A stretch of 63,326 nt of DNA from an uncultured Bacilli bacterium (lineage in GTDB: Bacteria > Bacillota_I > Bacilli_A > RFN20 > CAG-449), in assembly GCA_947595215.1 (NCBI GenBank), contig CANQEO010000006.1:1-63326 (forward strand), given 5' to 3'. A program made the translations under genes and the position numbers. Below, piece by piece: positions 31,216 through 40,936 of this stretch. Each line of letters opens with the position of its first letter. The first letter of the stretch is position 1. A model generated the notes under the pieces. That model was not told where the DNA came from, ran no database searches, and saw only the letters and a list, made by a program, of their open reading frames with translations.

Positions 31216-31341
31216 TTGACTAATAGCAAAAGATTTTTTAAAATAAAATCACTTCTTTAAGGTTATTCTAATTGAATTCTTAAAGAAAGTGATTATTACT
31301 TTAGAGCCGTTGATGGTGAGTGTGAGAACGGCTCTTTTTTT
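31216..31341 (+). ncRNA. Putative ~90-nt sRNA with sigma-A promoter and terminator
   Basis: TTGACT-17-TAAAAT; hairpin 31247-31294; terminator GAGCCGTT/AACGGCTC + T7. Confidence 0.55.
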
Positions 31342-31363
31342 AATCTTTTTCTTTTTCATCTTA

Positions 31364-31613
31364 GGTTCTCCTTTCAATAAGGGTAAAAACAAACAAAATT
31401 AGATTAGGTTGTCAATATATCTGTTTGTATTTACGGCCTCATCTAATTTTGTATAATCCTAAAAAAAAGGAGAACCGAAAAAGGAAAAGATGGAACAGTC
31501 TAAGGGCAATAAAATGAAATGTGGAGCGTATGAAATACAAATTAATATTAATCGAAAATAAAAAAATAAGGGCAGAAGCGGTTTAGCGGCCCTTATTTTT
31601 TTTCGATTAGCGA
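31364..31613. other. Conserved hairpin array, candidate single-strand origin
   Basis: nested inverted repeats 31364-31476 and 31549-31609, TAGCGA (CS-6-like) at 31608; conserved in the second copy at 59161-59226 and 60045-60200. Confidence 0.55.
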
Positions 31614-31682
31614 AAAAATTTTTTTAAATATCCGTCAACTGAATATATCGTATGTTAATTTTTTTTGAGGTGGTAAAAATGT

Positions 31683-31958
31683 ATGTTTACTGGCAGAAAT
31701 ATCCGTAGTAAGAACGAGATATTAGTTTATATGATAATCGAATTACTTGTAGAAGGCTTTTTAGATCCACAGGAATTAAGAAATCAGTTTAATATAACAT
31801 CGTTGACACTATATAGATATATGTCGCTTATTAAGAATGTAATATTTGATTTCGATTATCACTATATTGATGTTTACTATGATCGTAAAGTTAAGATTTA
31901 TAGATGTAAATTTCTCACAAACTATCACTTCATGGATAGCGAAAAAAACGTTTTGTAA
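31683..31958 (+). CDS. Small winged-HTH protein; stop codon lies inside attR
   Basis: ELRNQFNITSLTLYRYMSLI HTH-like; RBS GAGGTGG. Confidence 0.65.
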   Translation: MFTGRNIRSKNEILVYMIIELLVEGFLDPQELRNQFNITSLTLYRYMSLIKNVIFDFDYHYIDVYYDRKVKIYRCKFLTNYHFMDSEKNVL

Positions 31959-31997
31959 TCAATAGGTTGGCGGTTCGATTCCGTTTGTCGGCACCAT
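31952..31997 (+). repeat. attR core (tRNA-Thr 3' fragment)
   Basis: identical to 20903-20948; followed by the displaced host terminator AGCCC/GGGCT + T run (32009-32031). Confidence 0.95.
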
Positions 31998-32080
31998 GAT
32001 GTATGATTAGCCCTATAAAATGGGCTTTTTTCTTTATACTATACGAGTAAATTGATACTTGTTGATACTGCTTCTGCTAT

Positions 32081-34345
32081 CTATTTAAGATTTTGATTTT
32101 CTAAAGTTTTTTCAAATCCTCTCCATGGATCTTTTTTTAGCCGCGATTCTATATTGAAATAAGTAATATCATCTGGAGCTATCTTATTTAGCTCATTCCA
32201 AGATATAGGTGCTGACACACTCGCGTTTTCTTTAGCACGAAGCGAATAAGGGGCAACACTTGTAGCGCCTTTTTTATTTCGCAACCAATCAACGAATATT
32301 TTTCCTTTTCTCGCACTTTTTTTATTATTAGTGGTATATCGATCCGGATATTTATTTTCCATAAGTAAAGCAACATCTTTAGCAAAAGACGAAAACTTAG
32401 ACCAACTATTACACGATAATGGAACTACGACATGATATCCCTTACCACCACTCGTCTTCAAAAAAGATTTTAGATTAAAATCATCTAGTATTTTTTTTAA
32501 ATCTTTAACACCTTGACGAATAGTATTTATTGACAACCCTTCATCAGGATCTAAGTCAAAGACCATATAGTTTGGTTTTGTTAATTTATTATAGAAGTTT
32601 GCCCACACATGAAATTCAATAGTACCATTCTGTACTTCATTAATAAGACCATTTAATGAAGTGATAGCAAAATATTCTTTTTTATTGTTTTCTTCTTTGA
32701 TATTGAAAATTTTTATTCCCGCGATTTTTTTCTCGGGATGTTTTTTTATATATCCTAAAGTGATGTTTTCATGACAGCGATAAACAGAAAGTGGGCGATT
32801 ACTGATTAAAGGCAACATTTTTTCGCTTACCATTCGATAATAATCCACAATATTTTGCTTTGTAATTTTTAATTTAGGATAAACTATACGATCCGGAGAA
32901 GTTATTTCTATAATATTATCTTTTGCTAAGTTTTTTAAATCTTTATCATAACGTATTCCCTTATAACTAGCTTGTCTTAATAACCCGCTTGATGTGAGTT
33001 CGGCAAATTCAATCTCTGCAAATAAAGAAGGTTTTAAAAATATTACATTTTTATCAATCTTAGTAGTTGATATAAATGATGGTTTTTTAACAGCTAATGC
33101 TTTAAATTTTTTTAATAGATCTTGATGATTCTTAATTCCGGTACCAACTTTACCTCGATATTTTAATGCACCATTTTCGTATTGAGCTAGTAACAATGAT
33201 TTTATCTTTTCTTTTTCAACCATTGAAAGATTATATCCTACAATATAATACTCATCACTTTTACGACATTTAAGTTTAATCCAGTTACCGCTACGACGAC
33301 CTAAATATTGTGAATCTTTTTTCTTACCGATTATCCCCTCTAGGTTTAGTTTTTCGGCTTTTTCGAAAAATACTTTCCCATCGCCTTCAATATGTTCACT
33401 ATATACAATAGAATTTAATTTTTTATGTTTATTAAAAAGTGATTTAAGCAATTTTTTTCTTTTAATTAACTCGTATCCTCTCAAATCTTTTCCATCTAAA
33501 GCAATCAAATCAAAAACAACATAAGTTAAATCATTTCTTTTATGTTTAATCGATTCCTGTAATGCGCTAAAATCACTTTTCCCGTTATCGTCGCACTTTA
33601 TTACTTCACCATCTAAAATCATGACTCTACTATTTGAAAATTCTAGTAATTCTTTTGAAATACTAGCAAATTTATCAGTGTAATCTTGTTTATTGCGAGT
33701 CAACATTTTTATTTTATTCTTTTCTATTATAGTAACTATTCTATAACCATCGTACTTTATTTCATATAGCCAACCATTTTCAGATGGAATCTCTTCAGAT
33801 AATAACGCCAATTCTACACTAAATGATGAAAATGGATTTGTGTATTTGATATTATTTATAGTGGTTTTATTTTTAATCATAGATTCTTTTTCTTTTATGA
33901 TGAGCCAGTTTTTTTCATCCATTCTGACTAATGCATATTTGCCTTTAACTTTACTCCCAAATAATTCAAATTTGATCATTCCTTCTTTTAAGCCATTATT
34001 TATAGGTGTTAAAGGCTCCCATAAACCTTGGTCGTAAATCTCTACTATTCCAGCACCATATTCCCCTTCAGGAATTTCTCCTTCAAAATCTTTGTAATCG
34101 TAAGGATGATCTTCTACTCTTATAGCAAGTCTTTTATCTTTTGGATTAGATGCTAATCCCTTAGGTATCGCCCAACTTAAAAGCACACCACGCCATTCAA
34201 GTCTAAAATCATAATGCTCACGTTTAGAAAAATGATGTTGAATGACAAAAATTCTTTTCTTACTACTTTTTACAATTTTTCCCAAAGGTTCTTTTGTTTT
34301 GGCAAAATCTCTTTTGCTTTTATATTTATGCAATCTCATATTCAT
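32081..34345 (-). CDS. ligD: NHEJ DNA ligase D (phosphoesterase-ligase-polymerase)
   Basis: FVIQHH..HYDFRLE (PE), EIKYDGYR (ligase motif I), FDLDP and KTSGGKGYH (POL). Confidence 0.93.
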   Translation of the reverse strand: MNMRLHKYKSKRDFAKTKEPLGKIVKSSKKRIFVIQHHFSKREHYDFRLEWRGVLLSWAIPKGLASNPKDKRLAIRVEDHPYDYKDFEGEIPEGEYGAGIVEIYDQGLWEPLTPINNGLKEGMIKFELFGSKVKGKYALVRMDEKNWLIIKEKESMIKNKTTINNIKYTNPFSSFSVELALLSEEIPSENGWLYEIKYDGYRIVTIIEKNKIKMLTRNKQDYTDKFASISKELLEFSNSRVMILDGEVIKCDDNGKSDFSALQESIKHKRNDLTYVVFDLIALDGKDLRGYELIKRKKLLKSLFNKHKKLNSIVYSEHIEGDGKVFFEKAEKLNLEGIIGKKKDSQYLGRRSGNWIKLKCRKSDEYYIVGYNLSMVEKEKIKSLLLAQYENGALKYRGKVGTGIKNHQDLLKKFKALAVKKPSFISTTKIDKNVIFLKPSLFAEIEFAELTSSGLLRQASYKGIRYDKDLKNLAKDNIIEITSPDRIVYPKLKITKQNIVDYYRMVSEKMLPLISNRPLSVYRCHENITLGYIKKHPEKKIAGIKIFNIKEENNKKEYFAITSLNGLINEVQNGTIEFHVWANFYNKLTKPNYMVFDLDPDEGLSINTIRQGVKDLKKILDDFNLKSFLKTSGGKGYHVVVPLSCNSWSKFSSFAKDVALLMENKYPDRYTTNNKKSARKGKIFVDWLRNKKGATSVAPYSLRAKENASVSAPISWNELNKIAPDDITYFNIESRLKKDPWRGFEKTLENQNLK

Positions 34346-34350
34346 AAATT

Positions 34351-34409
34351 TAGTATTAAAGATTTATCATCAGATATTCAGTATAAAGAATAATTTTTTT
34401 GAGAAACTA
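34351..34409. promoter_or_regulatory. Divergent forespore-type promoters (sigma-G-like for ligD, sigma-F/G-like for ku)
   Basis: minus strand GAATA-17-AATACTA; plus strand GTATA-15-GAGAAACTA. Confidence 0.4.
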
Positions 34410-34412
34410 TAA

Positions 34413-35240
34413 ATGAGGTTTAATATGGCTTATAGTTTTAAAAGTAATTTAAGTTTTGGATTTGTTTATATCCCAATCACATTGCATCTAATTGTTAAAG
34501 AAAATACCCCCTCTTTTAAACTTTTTGATAAAAAAACTAAATCCAAGATACAGTATAAAAAAACATGTGATGATTGCGCCGGACGAGAAGTTTCTAATCA
34601 GAATATCGTTAAAGGATACGAATACTCAGACGGAAAATATGTTTTATTTAATGATGAGGATTTCGAAAAGATAAAAACACAACGCGATAAAAACATTAAC
34701 TTAGATCAATTTATAAATATTGAAGAAGTAGATCCAATTTGGTATAAAAAATCTTATTATATCGTTCCTACAAGTTCCGATAAAGCTTATAATTTATTAG
34801 TTAAGGCAATGGAACAAGAAAAAAAAGCTGGTATAGGTAAAACTGTATTAGGATCTAAAGAATCAATAGTTCTAGTACGCGCTAAAGATGGAGTACTGAT
34901 TTTATCAACTCTATATTTTAAAGATGAAATTAAAGATATTCCTTATAACAAAGAAAGTATAAGTGTTACTACATCAGAATTAAAAATTGCCAAAATGATC
35001 ATTAAAGAGATGGTCTCACCATTTAAACCAGAACAATACCATGATGAATATAATAAAAAAATTCAAGATGCGATAAAGAAAAAGATTAAAGGTCAAAAAA
35101 TTGTTACACCAAAAGAAAAAAGACAAAACCAAATCACCGATTTAATGAAAGCATTAAAAACTAGTTTGGATGACATTAATAAAGGCAAAAAAGCAAAACC
35201 TACTTCTAAAAAGAAAATTTCGCCAAATAATTTTGCATAA
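34413..35240 (+). CDS. ku: NHEJ Ku protein
   Basis: LSFGFVYIPI, IVKGYEY, YHDEY, DLMKALKTSL; divergent from ligD. Confidence 0.92.
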   Translation: MRFNMAYSFKSNLSFGFVYIPITLHLIVKENTPSFKLFDKKTKSKIQYKKTCDDCAGREVSNQNIVKGYEYSDGKYVLFNDEDFEKIKTQRDKNINLDQFINIEEVDPIWYKKSYYIVPTSSDKAYNLLVKAMEQEKKAGIGKTVLGSKESIVLVRAKDGVLILSTLYFKDEIKDIPYNKESISVTTSELKIAKMIIKEMVSPFKPEQYHDEYNKKIQDAIKKKIKGQKIVTPKEKRQNQITDLMKALKTSLDDINKGKKAKPTSKKKISPNNFA

Positions 35241-35330
35241 AAAATAGAAATATTAAAATAACTTTTGTGTTCGATAATTATCTATGTGTTTTTCTTATGA
35301 AATTCTCTGATTAATAAAAAAATCTAGAAG

Positions 35331-35609
35331 TCAAATGCTAGATTTTTGGTTTGTTTTTTGACTATTATAGGCTTCAACAACCGCTTTAGATAACTGATCC
35401 GCACATGATGTTCCTTTGCGACCACAGTTTATTCCTGATAGTTTTTTTTCAATTTCAGAAACAGTCATTCCTTCAACTAAACGTGGAACAGCTTGCAAAT
35501 TTCCTGGGCATCCCCCATCTAAGAATTGAACATTAGTGACAACATCTCCATTCAATGTAATTTTGATTCTACGCGCACATGTATTTTTAGTTGTATAAAT
35601 ATAATCCAT
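35331..35609 (-). CDS. TSCPD-domain protein (TIGR03905-like)
   Basis: GGCPGNL...GINCGRKGTSCADQL. Confidence 0.85.
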   Translation of the reverse strand: MDYIYTTKNTCARRIKITLNGDVVTNVQFLDGGCPGNLQAVPRLVEGMTVSEIEKKLSGINCGRKGTSCADQLSKAVVEAYNSQKTNQKSSI

Positions 35610-35833
35610 GTATGTACTCCTTTATTGCTTTAATAACTAATTTAGTTTATATTATTTTATCATTTAAGATTTACTTTGTCGATATCAATGCTTGATGCCA
35701 AATATAAATGATTAAAATTTACCAAAAATATAACTTTTTTCTCAATATGCAAGATTTACTTGCAGTTTTTCCAATTGACAATTGGTACTTTTCAAGCAAA
35801 TAATTAGATATACTTTTTTCGAGGTGATAAAAA

Positions 35834-36313
35834 ATGACATTGGGTCAAAATATTGCGGCAGCAAGGAAAAGAAATAATATGTCCCAAGAAGATTTGGCAA
35901 ACTCTTTAGATGTCTCAAGACAATCGATAAGCCTATGGGAGACAGATCAAACAATTCCTACTTTAGATAAGTTAGAGACCATTTGCAACCTTTTTAATGT
36001 TACTATGGATTCCTTAATGGGACGCACTTTATTGCAAGAAATTAATTATAGAGCGATGCATAGCGATGGCTATGAAGAAAGAAAGAAAAATCATTCATTA
36101 GATAAAACTTCATTTATCTTTGCTCTTATTTCTTTAATTACTTGGGTAACCGGTTTTTTCGGTCTTATTACTACACTTATTGGTATAATTCTAGCTATAT
36201 GCTCATTGAAAAACAAGCAAAGCCGCTATTCCCCTTACACACTTGCGTTTTGCATAGTTTTCTTTTTTGCAAGCATTATAGCGATGACTAGCAACTATAT
36301 TAAATTATTTTAG
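35834..36313 (+). CDS. XRE-family HTH regulator with C-terminal TMs
   Basis: MSQEDLANSLDVSRQSISLWE. Confidence 0.85.
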   Translation: MTLGQNIAAARKRNNMSQEDLANSLDVSRQSISLWETDQTIPTLDKLETICNLFNVTMDSLMGRTLLQEINYRAMHSDGYEERKKNHSLDKTSFIFALISLITWVTGFFGLITTLIGIILAICSLKNKQSRYSPYTLAFCIVFFFASIIAMTSNYIKLF

Positions 36314-36325
36314 GAGGTATAAACT

Positions 36326-37111
36326 ATGAAAAAATATAAAATTTTATTTGCTTTATTCGCAATTATTTCATTATCATCATGCGAAAATAATAGTGGCGAA
36401 GCAGGGCAATATTCTAACAATATACCTTCACAAAATCCAGGTGGTGAAAATGTTGATGGCAACAATGTTGTAGTCGATACTAATCACAAAATTATTTATA
36501 CTGTTACTTATAGCATTCAATGCGAAAATATTTCTACCATTATAAAAGAAATCAATACCAATCTTTACACTCTTGGTGGATATATCTCATCTTCACGACA
36601 AGAAAGTAATTATTATGCAAATTTTGTGTATAAAATACCGACAGAAAAATTAAATGAAATGCTTGACTTTATCGATGGAAATGATGGTGTAGATAGTAAA
36701 ACTGTCACCACTGAAGATATAACTTCTAGCTATGATAAATTAAAAGCGGAAATAGAAACCTTAGAAGCTTCTAAAGAGGCCTACCAGAATATGCTTAAAA
36801 ACGATAATTTAAATGTATCAGAAATTGTAACAATAACTAACCGTATTGAAGAGATAGATACTAGATTAAAAACATTATATGGACAATTGAATAATTATGA
36901 TAATTTACTTGATTACTCCACTATAAATATTACGTACACTACGAAAACACAAGGATATGAAGAAGGTTTCTTATCAAACTATGGTAGTTTCTTGTTAGCA
37001 ATTGGACAATTAATCGTATCATTTATTGCCTATTGCGCTCCTTTTCTTATCGTTGCCGGATTAGTCTCGTTAATTATCTTTATAGTAAAAAAGAAGAAAA
37101 ATGCAAACTAG
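36326..37111 (+). CDS. DUF4349 lipoprotein
   Basis: lipobox LSSC, GGYISSS, EDITSSY, DYSTINI, C-terminal TM. Confidence 0.8.
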   Translation: MKKYKILFALFAIISLSSCENNSGEAGQYSNNIPSQNPGGENVDGNNVVVDTNHKIIYTVTYSIQCENISTIIKEINTNLYTLGGYISSSRQESNYYANFVYKIPTEKLNEMLDFIDGNDGVDSKTVTTEDITSSYDKLKAEIETLEASKEAYQNMLKNDNLNVSEIVTITNRIEEIDTRLKTLYGQLNNYDNLLDYSTINITYTTKTQGYEEGFLSNYGSFLLAIGQLIVSFIAYCAPFLIVAGLVSLIIFIVKKKKNAN

Positions 37112-37143
37112 CATTTTTCTTCTTTTAATTTAAATTGTTTTTG

Positions 37144-37746
37144 TTATCCACGTGATCTTTTCGATTCGGCAATACACCAAATCAAAAGTAATATTGTGAC
37201 CGGAATCGGTATAAAAAATATGAAGTACATATTTTGAATTAAATCATTTAATTCTAGAAATATTACTAAAGTTAAAGACCAAATCAACAAATCAATCAAA
37301 ATCAATCGATAGATTTTTTTGCCCCAAATGCAACAAAATACTAATAAAACAATAAATGATACCGGAATTGCATAAGTAAAAGCTCTCCACGTATGTTCCA
37401 ATTTGTTCGGCAAAAGAAGCGAAGTTAAAACATATGCGAATGTTGCAACTACCCAAACCAAACCAGTGGATAAGATTACAATTACACTTTTATTTTTTAA
37501 TATTGATCTTGAAAAAGTTAGTTTATCCTGTCTTTCAAGCAACTCTTGAATTTCTATACCATATATATCTGCGATTTGTTTTAACACAAAAATATCAGGA
37601 GTTCCTTCTCCGCGCTCCCATTTAGAAACTGCTTTGTCGGAATAATTTAATTTCTCAGCTAACTGGGCTTGTGTGATATTTGCTTGTTTACGATAACGAA
37701 CTAAATTATGTGCAATAGTGATTGCAATGTTTTCTTGTTTTTCCAT
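37144..37746 (-). CDS. XRE-family HTH regulator with 4 TMs
   Basis: TQAQLAEKLNYSDKAVSKWERG. Confidence 0.85.
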   Translation of the reverse strand: MEKQENIAITIAHNLVRYRKQANITQAQLAEKLNYSDKAVSKWERGEGTPDIFVLKQIADIYGIEIQELLERQDKLTFSRSILKNKSVIVILSTGLVWVVATFAYVLTSLLLPNKLEHTWRAFTYAIPVSFIVLLVFCCIWGKKIYRLILIDLLIWSLTLVIFLELNDLIQNMYFIFFIPIPVTILLLIWCIAESKRSRG

Positions 37747-37897
37747 ACATACATATTACAAGACAATTGAAAAAAAGTCAAATATTTAGGCGTTTTCTAC
37801 TTTCAGTAGAGTTGATTTTTATCTGTGTAGAATGTTTTCTTTCTAAGTAGCGTTAATATTTTAATTTCAATAACTATATTAATAATGGTGATTAGAA

Positions 37898-38725
37898 ATG
37901 AAATTTAAAATCGTTGTCGATTCTGCAAGTGACTTAAATAATAATTATATTAAAGATAATCAAATCGGTTTTGATATAGTCCCTTTAACAATACGAGTTC
38001 AAGGTAAAGAATTCTTAGACGATGAGAATTTAGATATTGATGATATGTTAGATCGATTGAGCAAAACAACAGAAAAACCATCAACTTCATGTCCTTCACC
38101 ATATTCATGGACAAAGTGTTATGAAGATGCTGAATATGTTATCGCAATAACTATTTCTTCAAAACTAAGTGGAACCTTTAATGCTGCATACCTTGGAGCA
38201 ATAGATGCTACAAATTCGAAAGTACACGTTATTGATTCAAAAGGAACTGCCGGAATGGAAGTATTCTTAGTTGATAAAGCTTATGAACTTATAAAACAAA
38301 ATCTCTCTTTTGAAGAAATTTGCGAAAACCTTGATAACTATCAAAAATCATTAGAGTTATTTTTTGTATTAAATAAATTCGATAATCTAGTCAAAAATGG
38401 AAGAATGTCACGCTTTACAGCTTTAATCGCCACCACGCTTCAAATAAAACCATTATGCGTTGCAAATGATGGAGAAATTAAAGTTTACGAAAAGTTACGC
38501 ACAATGCGTGCTGCTATACGTAGATTAGCTTCAGCAATCGGCGAAAGAGTTAGCGATACCGAAAATAGAAAATGTATTATCTCCCATGTTAAAGATGAAG
38601 AAACAGCAGTAAATTTAAAATCTTTAATAGAAGAACAATATCACTTTAAAGAAGTTATCATTCGACCATGTCGAGGATTATGCAGTTTCTATGCTTTAGA
38701 AAAAGGAATAATAGTATCTTTTTAG
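37898..38725 (+). CDS. DegV family fatty-acid-binding protein
   Basis: IVVDSASD, TSCPS, ISSKLSGT, NLVKNGR. Confidence 0.9.
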   Translation: MKFKIVVDSASDLNNNYIKDNQIGFDIVPLTIRVQGKEFLDDENLDIDDMLDRLSKTTEKPSTSCPSPYSWTKCYEDAEYVIAITISSKLSGTFNAAYLGAIDATNSKVHVIDSKGTAGMEVFLVDKAYELIKQNLSFEEICENLDNYQKSLELFFVLNKFDNLVKNGRMSRFTALIATTLQIKPLCVANDGEIKVYEKLRTMRAAIRRLASAIGERVSDTENRKCIISHVKDEETAVNLKSLIEEQYHFKEVIIRPCRGLCSFYALEKGIIVSF

Positions 38726-38749
38726 AAAAAAACAACTTATCAAAAGTTG

Positions 38750-38894
38750 CTTTTTATTTCTTCTCCTTTTGAAAAAACAAATAATGTTATACTTACGGAA
38801 TTATTTTGTGCCAAAGTCTTACTGTTAATTTGTCCTTGTTGTACAGATATTTCTTTTGCTAATTCAACAACTTTTCTGTTTTTATGAATGCCAT
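38750..38894 (-). pseudogene. Cupin-domain gene fragment (frameshifted, truncated)
   Basis: ATG GCA TTC ATA, then shifted frame KVVELAKEISVQQGQINSKTLAQNNSVSITLFVFSKGEEI, typical of small cupins; no C-terminal half. Confidence 0.5.
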
Positions 38895-38947
38895 ATATTT
38901 TATTTACCTTTTAATCATTCAATAATATAAATCTTTATAAAAACAAT

Positions 38948-39778
38948 TTATTTTTCTATATAGACTATACCATATGCATATGGTCCGATATGACAACCGA
39001 TGACAGGTGCAATATTTTCACATCCATTTAAGGAGTCTTTAATCTTTAGATTTTTGATAAGTTCATATAATTGCTTATAGTTATCTTCAAACATACTATA
39101 AATTCCGTAGATTGGATAATCATAATTTATATTAGCATTTTCAAGTTTTTCTATTATATATTTCATAGCATTTATCTTACCACGTTTCTTGGCTAATAGT
39201 ACTACTTTACCTTCTACTACACTAATGATTGGTTTTAATCCGATAAAATTACCGAGAACCGAAACTGTTTTTGATAATCTTCCTCCTTTATGCAAATATT
39301 CTAGTGTATCGATACCTGCGAGAATTCTGATTTGTTTTTGCAAATTTTCTAGATGTTCCACAAGTTCATCTATTGGTTTATTTTCTAATTTTTTCGCCTC
39401 TAACGCCAAATATCTCAATCCATTAATTGTTGTTAACGTATTGACCACTCTCACATTTGAAAACTCTTCAAATAAAGTAGTAATACTCGCAAATGATCCC
39501 GATATTTCTCTTGAGAGAGGAAGAATAATTACATCAAAACCCTGCTTTGTATATTTCTTAACTTTCTTTTCTAAATCATAAAGATTAGGCAAAGAAGTTT
39601 TTGGAAAGACATTTTCAGTAAGCAATCGATGATAAAACTCTTCTTGTGTTATATTAATTCCGTCATAATATTCTTCTTCATTAAAAATTATTCTTAATGG
39701 AAAGACATCGATGCCTAATATCTTTGCTTCCTCTTGAGAAATACCAGATGAGGAATCAACCATTATTTTAAGACTCAT
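38948..39778 (-). CDS. DegV family protein
   Basis: IMVDSS, KTSLP, LEYLHKGGR, IGCHIGP. Confidence 0.9.
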   Translation of the reverse strand: MSLKIMVDSSSGISQEEAKILGIDVFPLRIIFNEEEYYDGINITQEEFYHRLLTENVFPKTSLPNLYDLEKKVKKYTKQGFDVIILPLSREISGSFASITTLFEEFSNVRVVNTLTTINGLRYLALEAKKLENKPIDELVEHLENLQKQIRILAGIDTLEYLHKGGRLSKTVSVLGNFIGLKPIISVVEGKVVLLAKKRGKINAMKYIIEKLENANINYDYPIYGIYSMFEDNYKQLYELIKNLKIKDSLNGCENIAPVIGCHIGPYAYGIVYIEK

Positions 39779-39827
39779 ATTTAAATCTCCTTAAAAAACT
39801 TTTTCTATAGTAATAATATGATACATT

Positions 39828-40406
39828 TTGTATCATATAAATTATCACATATTTAACGTGAGACAAAAAAGGTGGTATTTGTCTATGAATAAACGTACAG
39901 AGATTAATAAATTAGTAAAAGATAGTATTGCGCAGAGCATTTTCTATTTAATGAAAGAGAAAGCATTCTCAGATATTACTATAACCGAAATAGTGAAAAA
40001 AGCTGGAGTTGCAAGAGCTTCTTTCTACCGAAACTTTACCTATAAAGAAGATGCCATAAGTTATTATTTATTAGAAGTTATGAATCTATATAAAAATAAA
40101 TTCAATCCCAATTTACAAATCACCTATTATGACTTGATTTTAGGAACAATGGAATTTGCCCTAGATTATAAAGAAGAATTAGAAAGCTTATTTAGTTCTG
40201 GTTTATCGCAATTATTCCTTTCCGCTATTAATGCTTATTTAATCAACAAATCAGATGTCAGCAAAGAATTAGGCATCAAAAAATATTATTTATTCTCTTA
40301 TGGAGGTTCAATTTTTAACGTTATTTATCATTGGATTGAATCCGATACTAAAGAAAGCCCTGAAGAGATCGCTAAAATTATTTGTAATCAAAGAAATCAG
40401 CATTAA
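39828..40406 (+). CDS. TetR/AcrR family regulator (probable start ATG 39885)
   Basis: ITITEIVKKAGVARASFYRNF. Confidence 0.85.
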   Translation: MYHINYHIFNVRQKRWYLSMNKRTEINKLVKDSIAQSIFYLMKEKAFSDITITEIVKKAGVARASFYRNFTYKEDAISYYLLEVMNLYKNKFNPNLQITYYDLILGTMEFALDYKEELESLFSSGLSQLFLSAINAYLINKSDVSKELGIKKYYLFSYGGSIFNVIYHWIESDTKESPEEIAKIICNQRNQH

Positions 40407-40649
40407 ATAACTTATAAACAATTTTTATACTAAATAAAAAGTTGATTATATATTTTATAATTACCTTATATTATGAAATTGCAAATTTAGTCTGGATTCA
40501 AAAGAGTTTTGTATTTAAGGTCGAGAAACTCATAAATCTAGTTCTTTGTTTTCAATATTAATTATGAAATATAAATTAAAAACACGTTTTGAGACGTGTT
40601 TCATAAATAATTATCTATCATAACCCATTAGGTTCGATTGAGCAATATA

Positions 40650-40725
40650 TGGTGGACGCTGAGGGGATCGAACCCACGACCTCTTCCGTGTGAAGGAAAC
40701 GCTCTCCCGACTGAGCTAAGTGTCC
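40650..40725 (-). tRNA. tRNA-Val(CAC)
   Basis: cloverleaf, anticodon CAC, CCA; A5-C68 and U50-U64 mismatches. Confidence 0.88.
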
Positions 40726-40936
40726 ATAAAATGCTACTTAATAGTAGCACTTAGATATTTTTTTTTCAACTGATTAAGTTATTATAAATAGTTTTTACTA
40801 AAAATTTTGATATTCAAATTCCTCGATTACTCTTTATTTAACATATTTAGACAAGACAACGAGTACCCGACAAAATATTTTTATCAAAGACCTCATTAGA
40901 CTCGACTTCGAATCAATTTTCCATTTTTATATCTTC

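Larger units (their letters stand above)
20903..31997. mobile_element. Integrated, decayed inovirus-like prophage/element (~11 kb) in tRNA-Thr
   Basis: att duplication, tyrosine integrase, co-oriented membrane protein genes, Zot/pI-like ATPase, long hairpins. Confidence 0.85.

Noticed and set aside
30906-31229. 107-aa minus-strand ORF (and a 38-aa plus-strand ORF at 30955) as a possible coat protein
   Set aside because: Both run through the hairpin region, have no good RBS and lack a clean coat-like acidic-TM-basic layout
21872-31946. Recurring TAGCGAAAAA (near 21873, 31608, 31937) as integrase arm sites
   Set aside because: Short and A-rich, with no consistent spacing around att; cannot be separated from chance
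32081-35240. ligD/ku as prophage cargo
   Set aside because: They lie outside attR and beyond the displaced tRNA terminator
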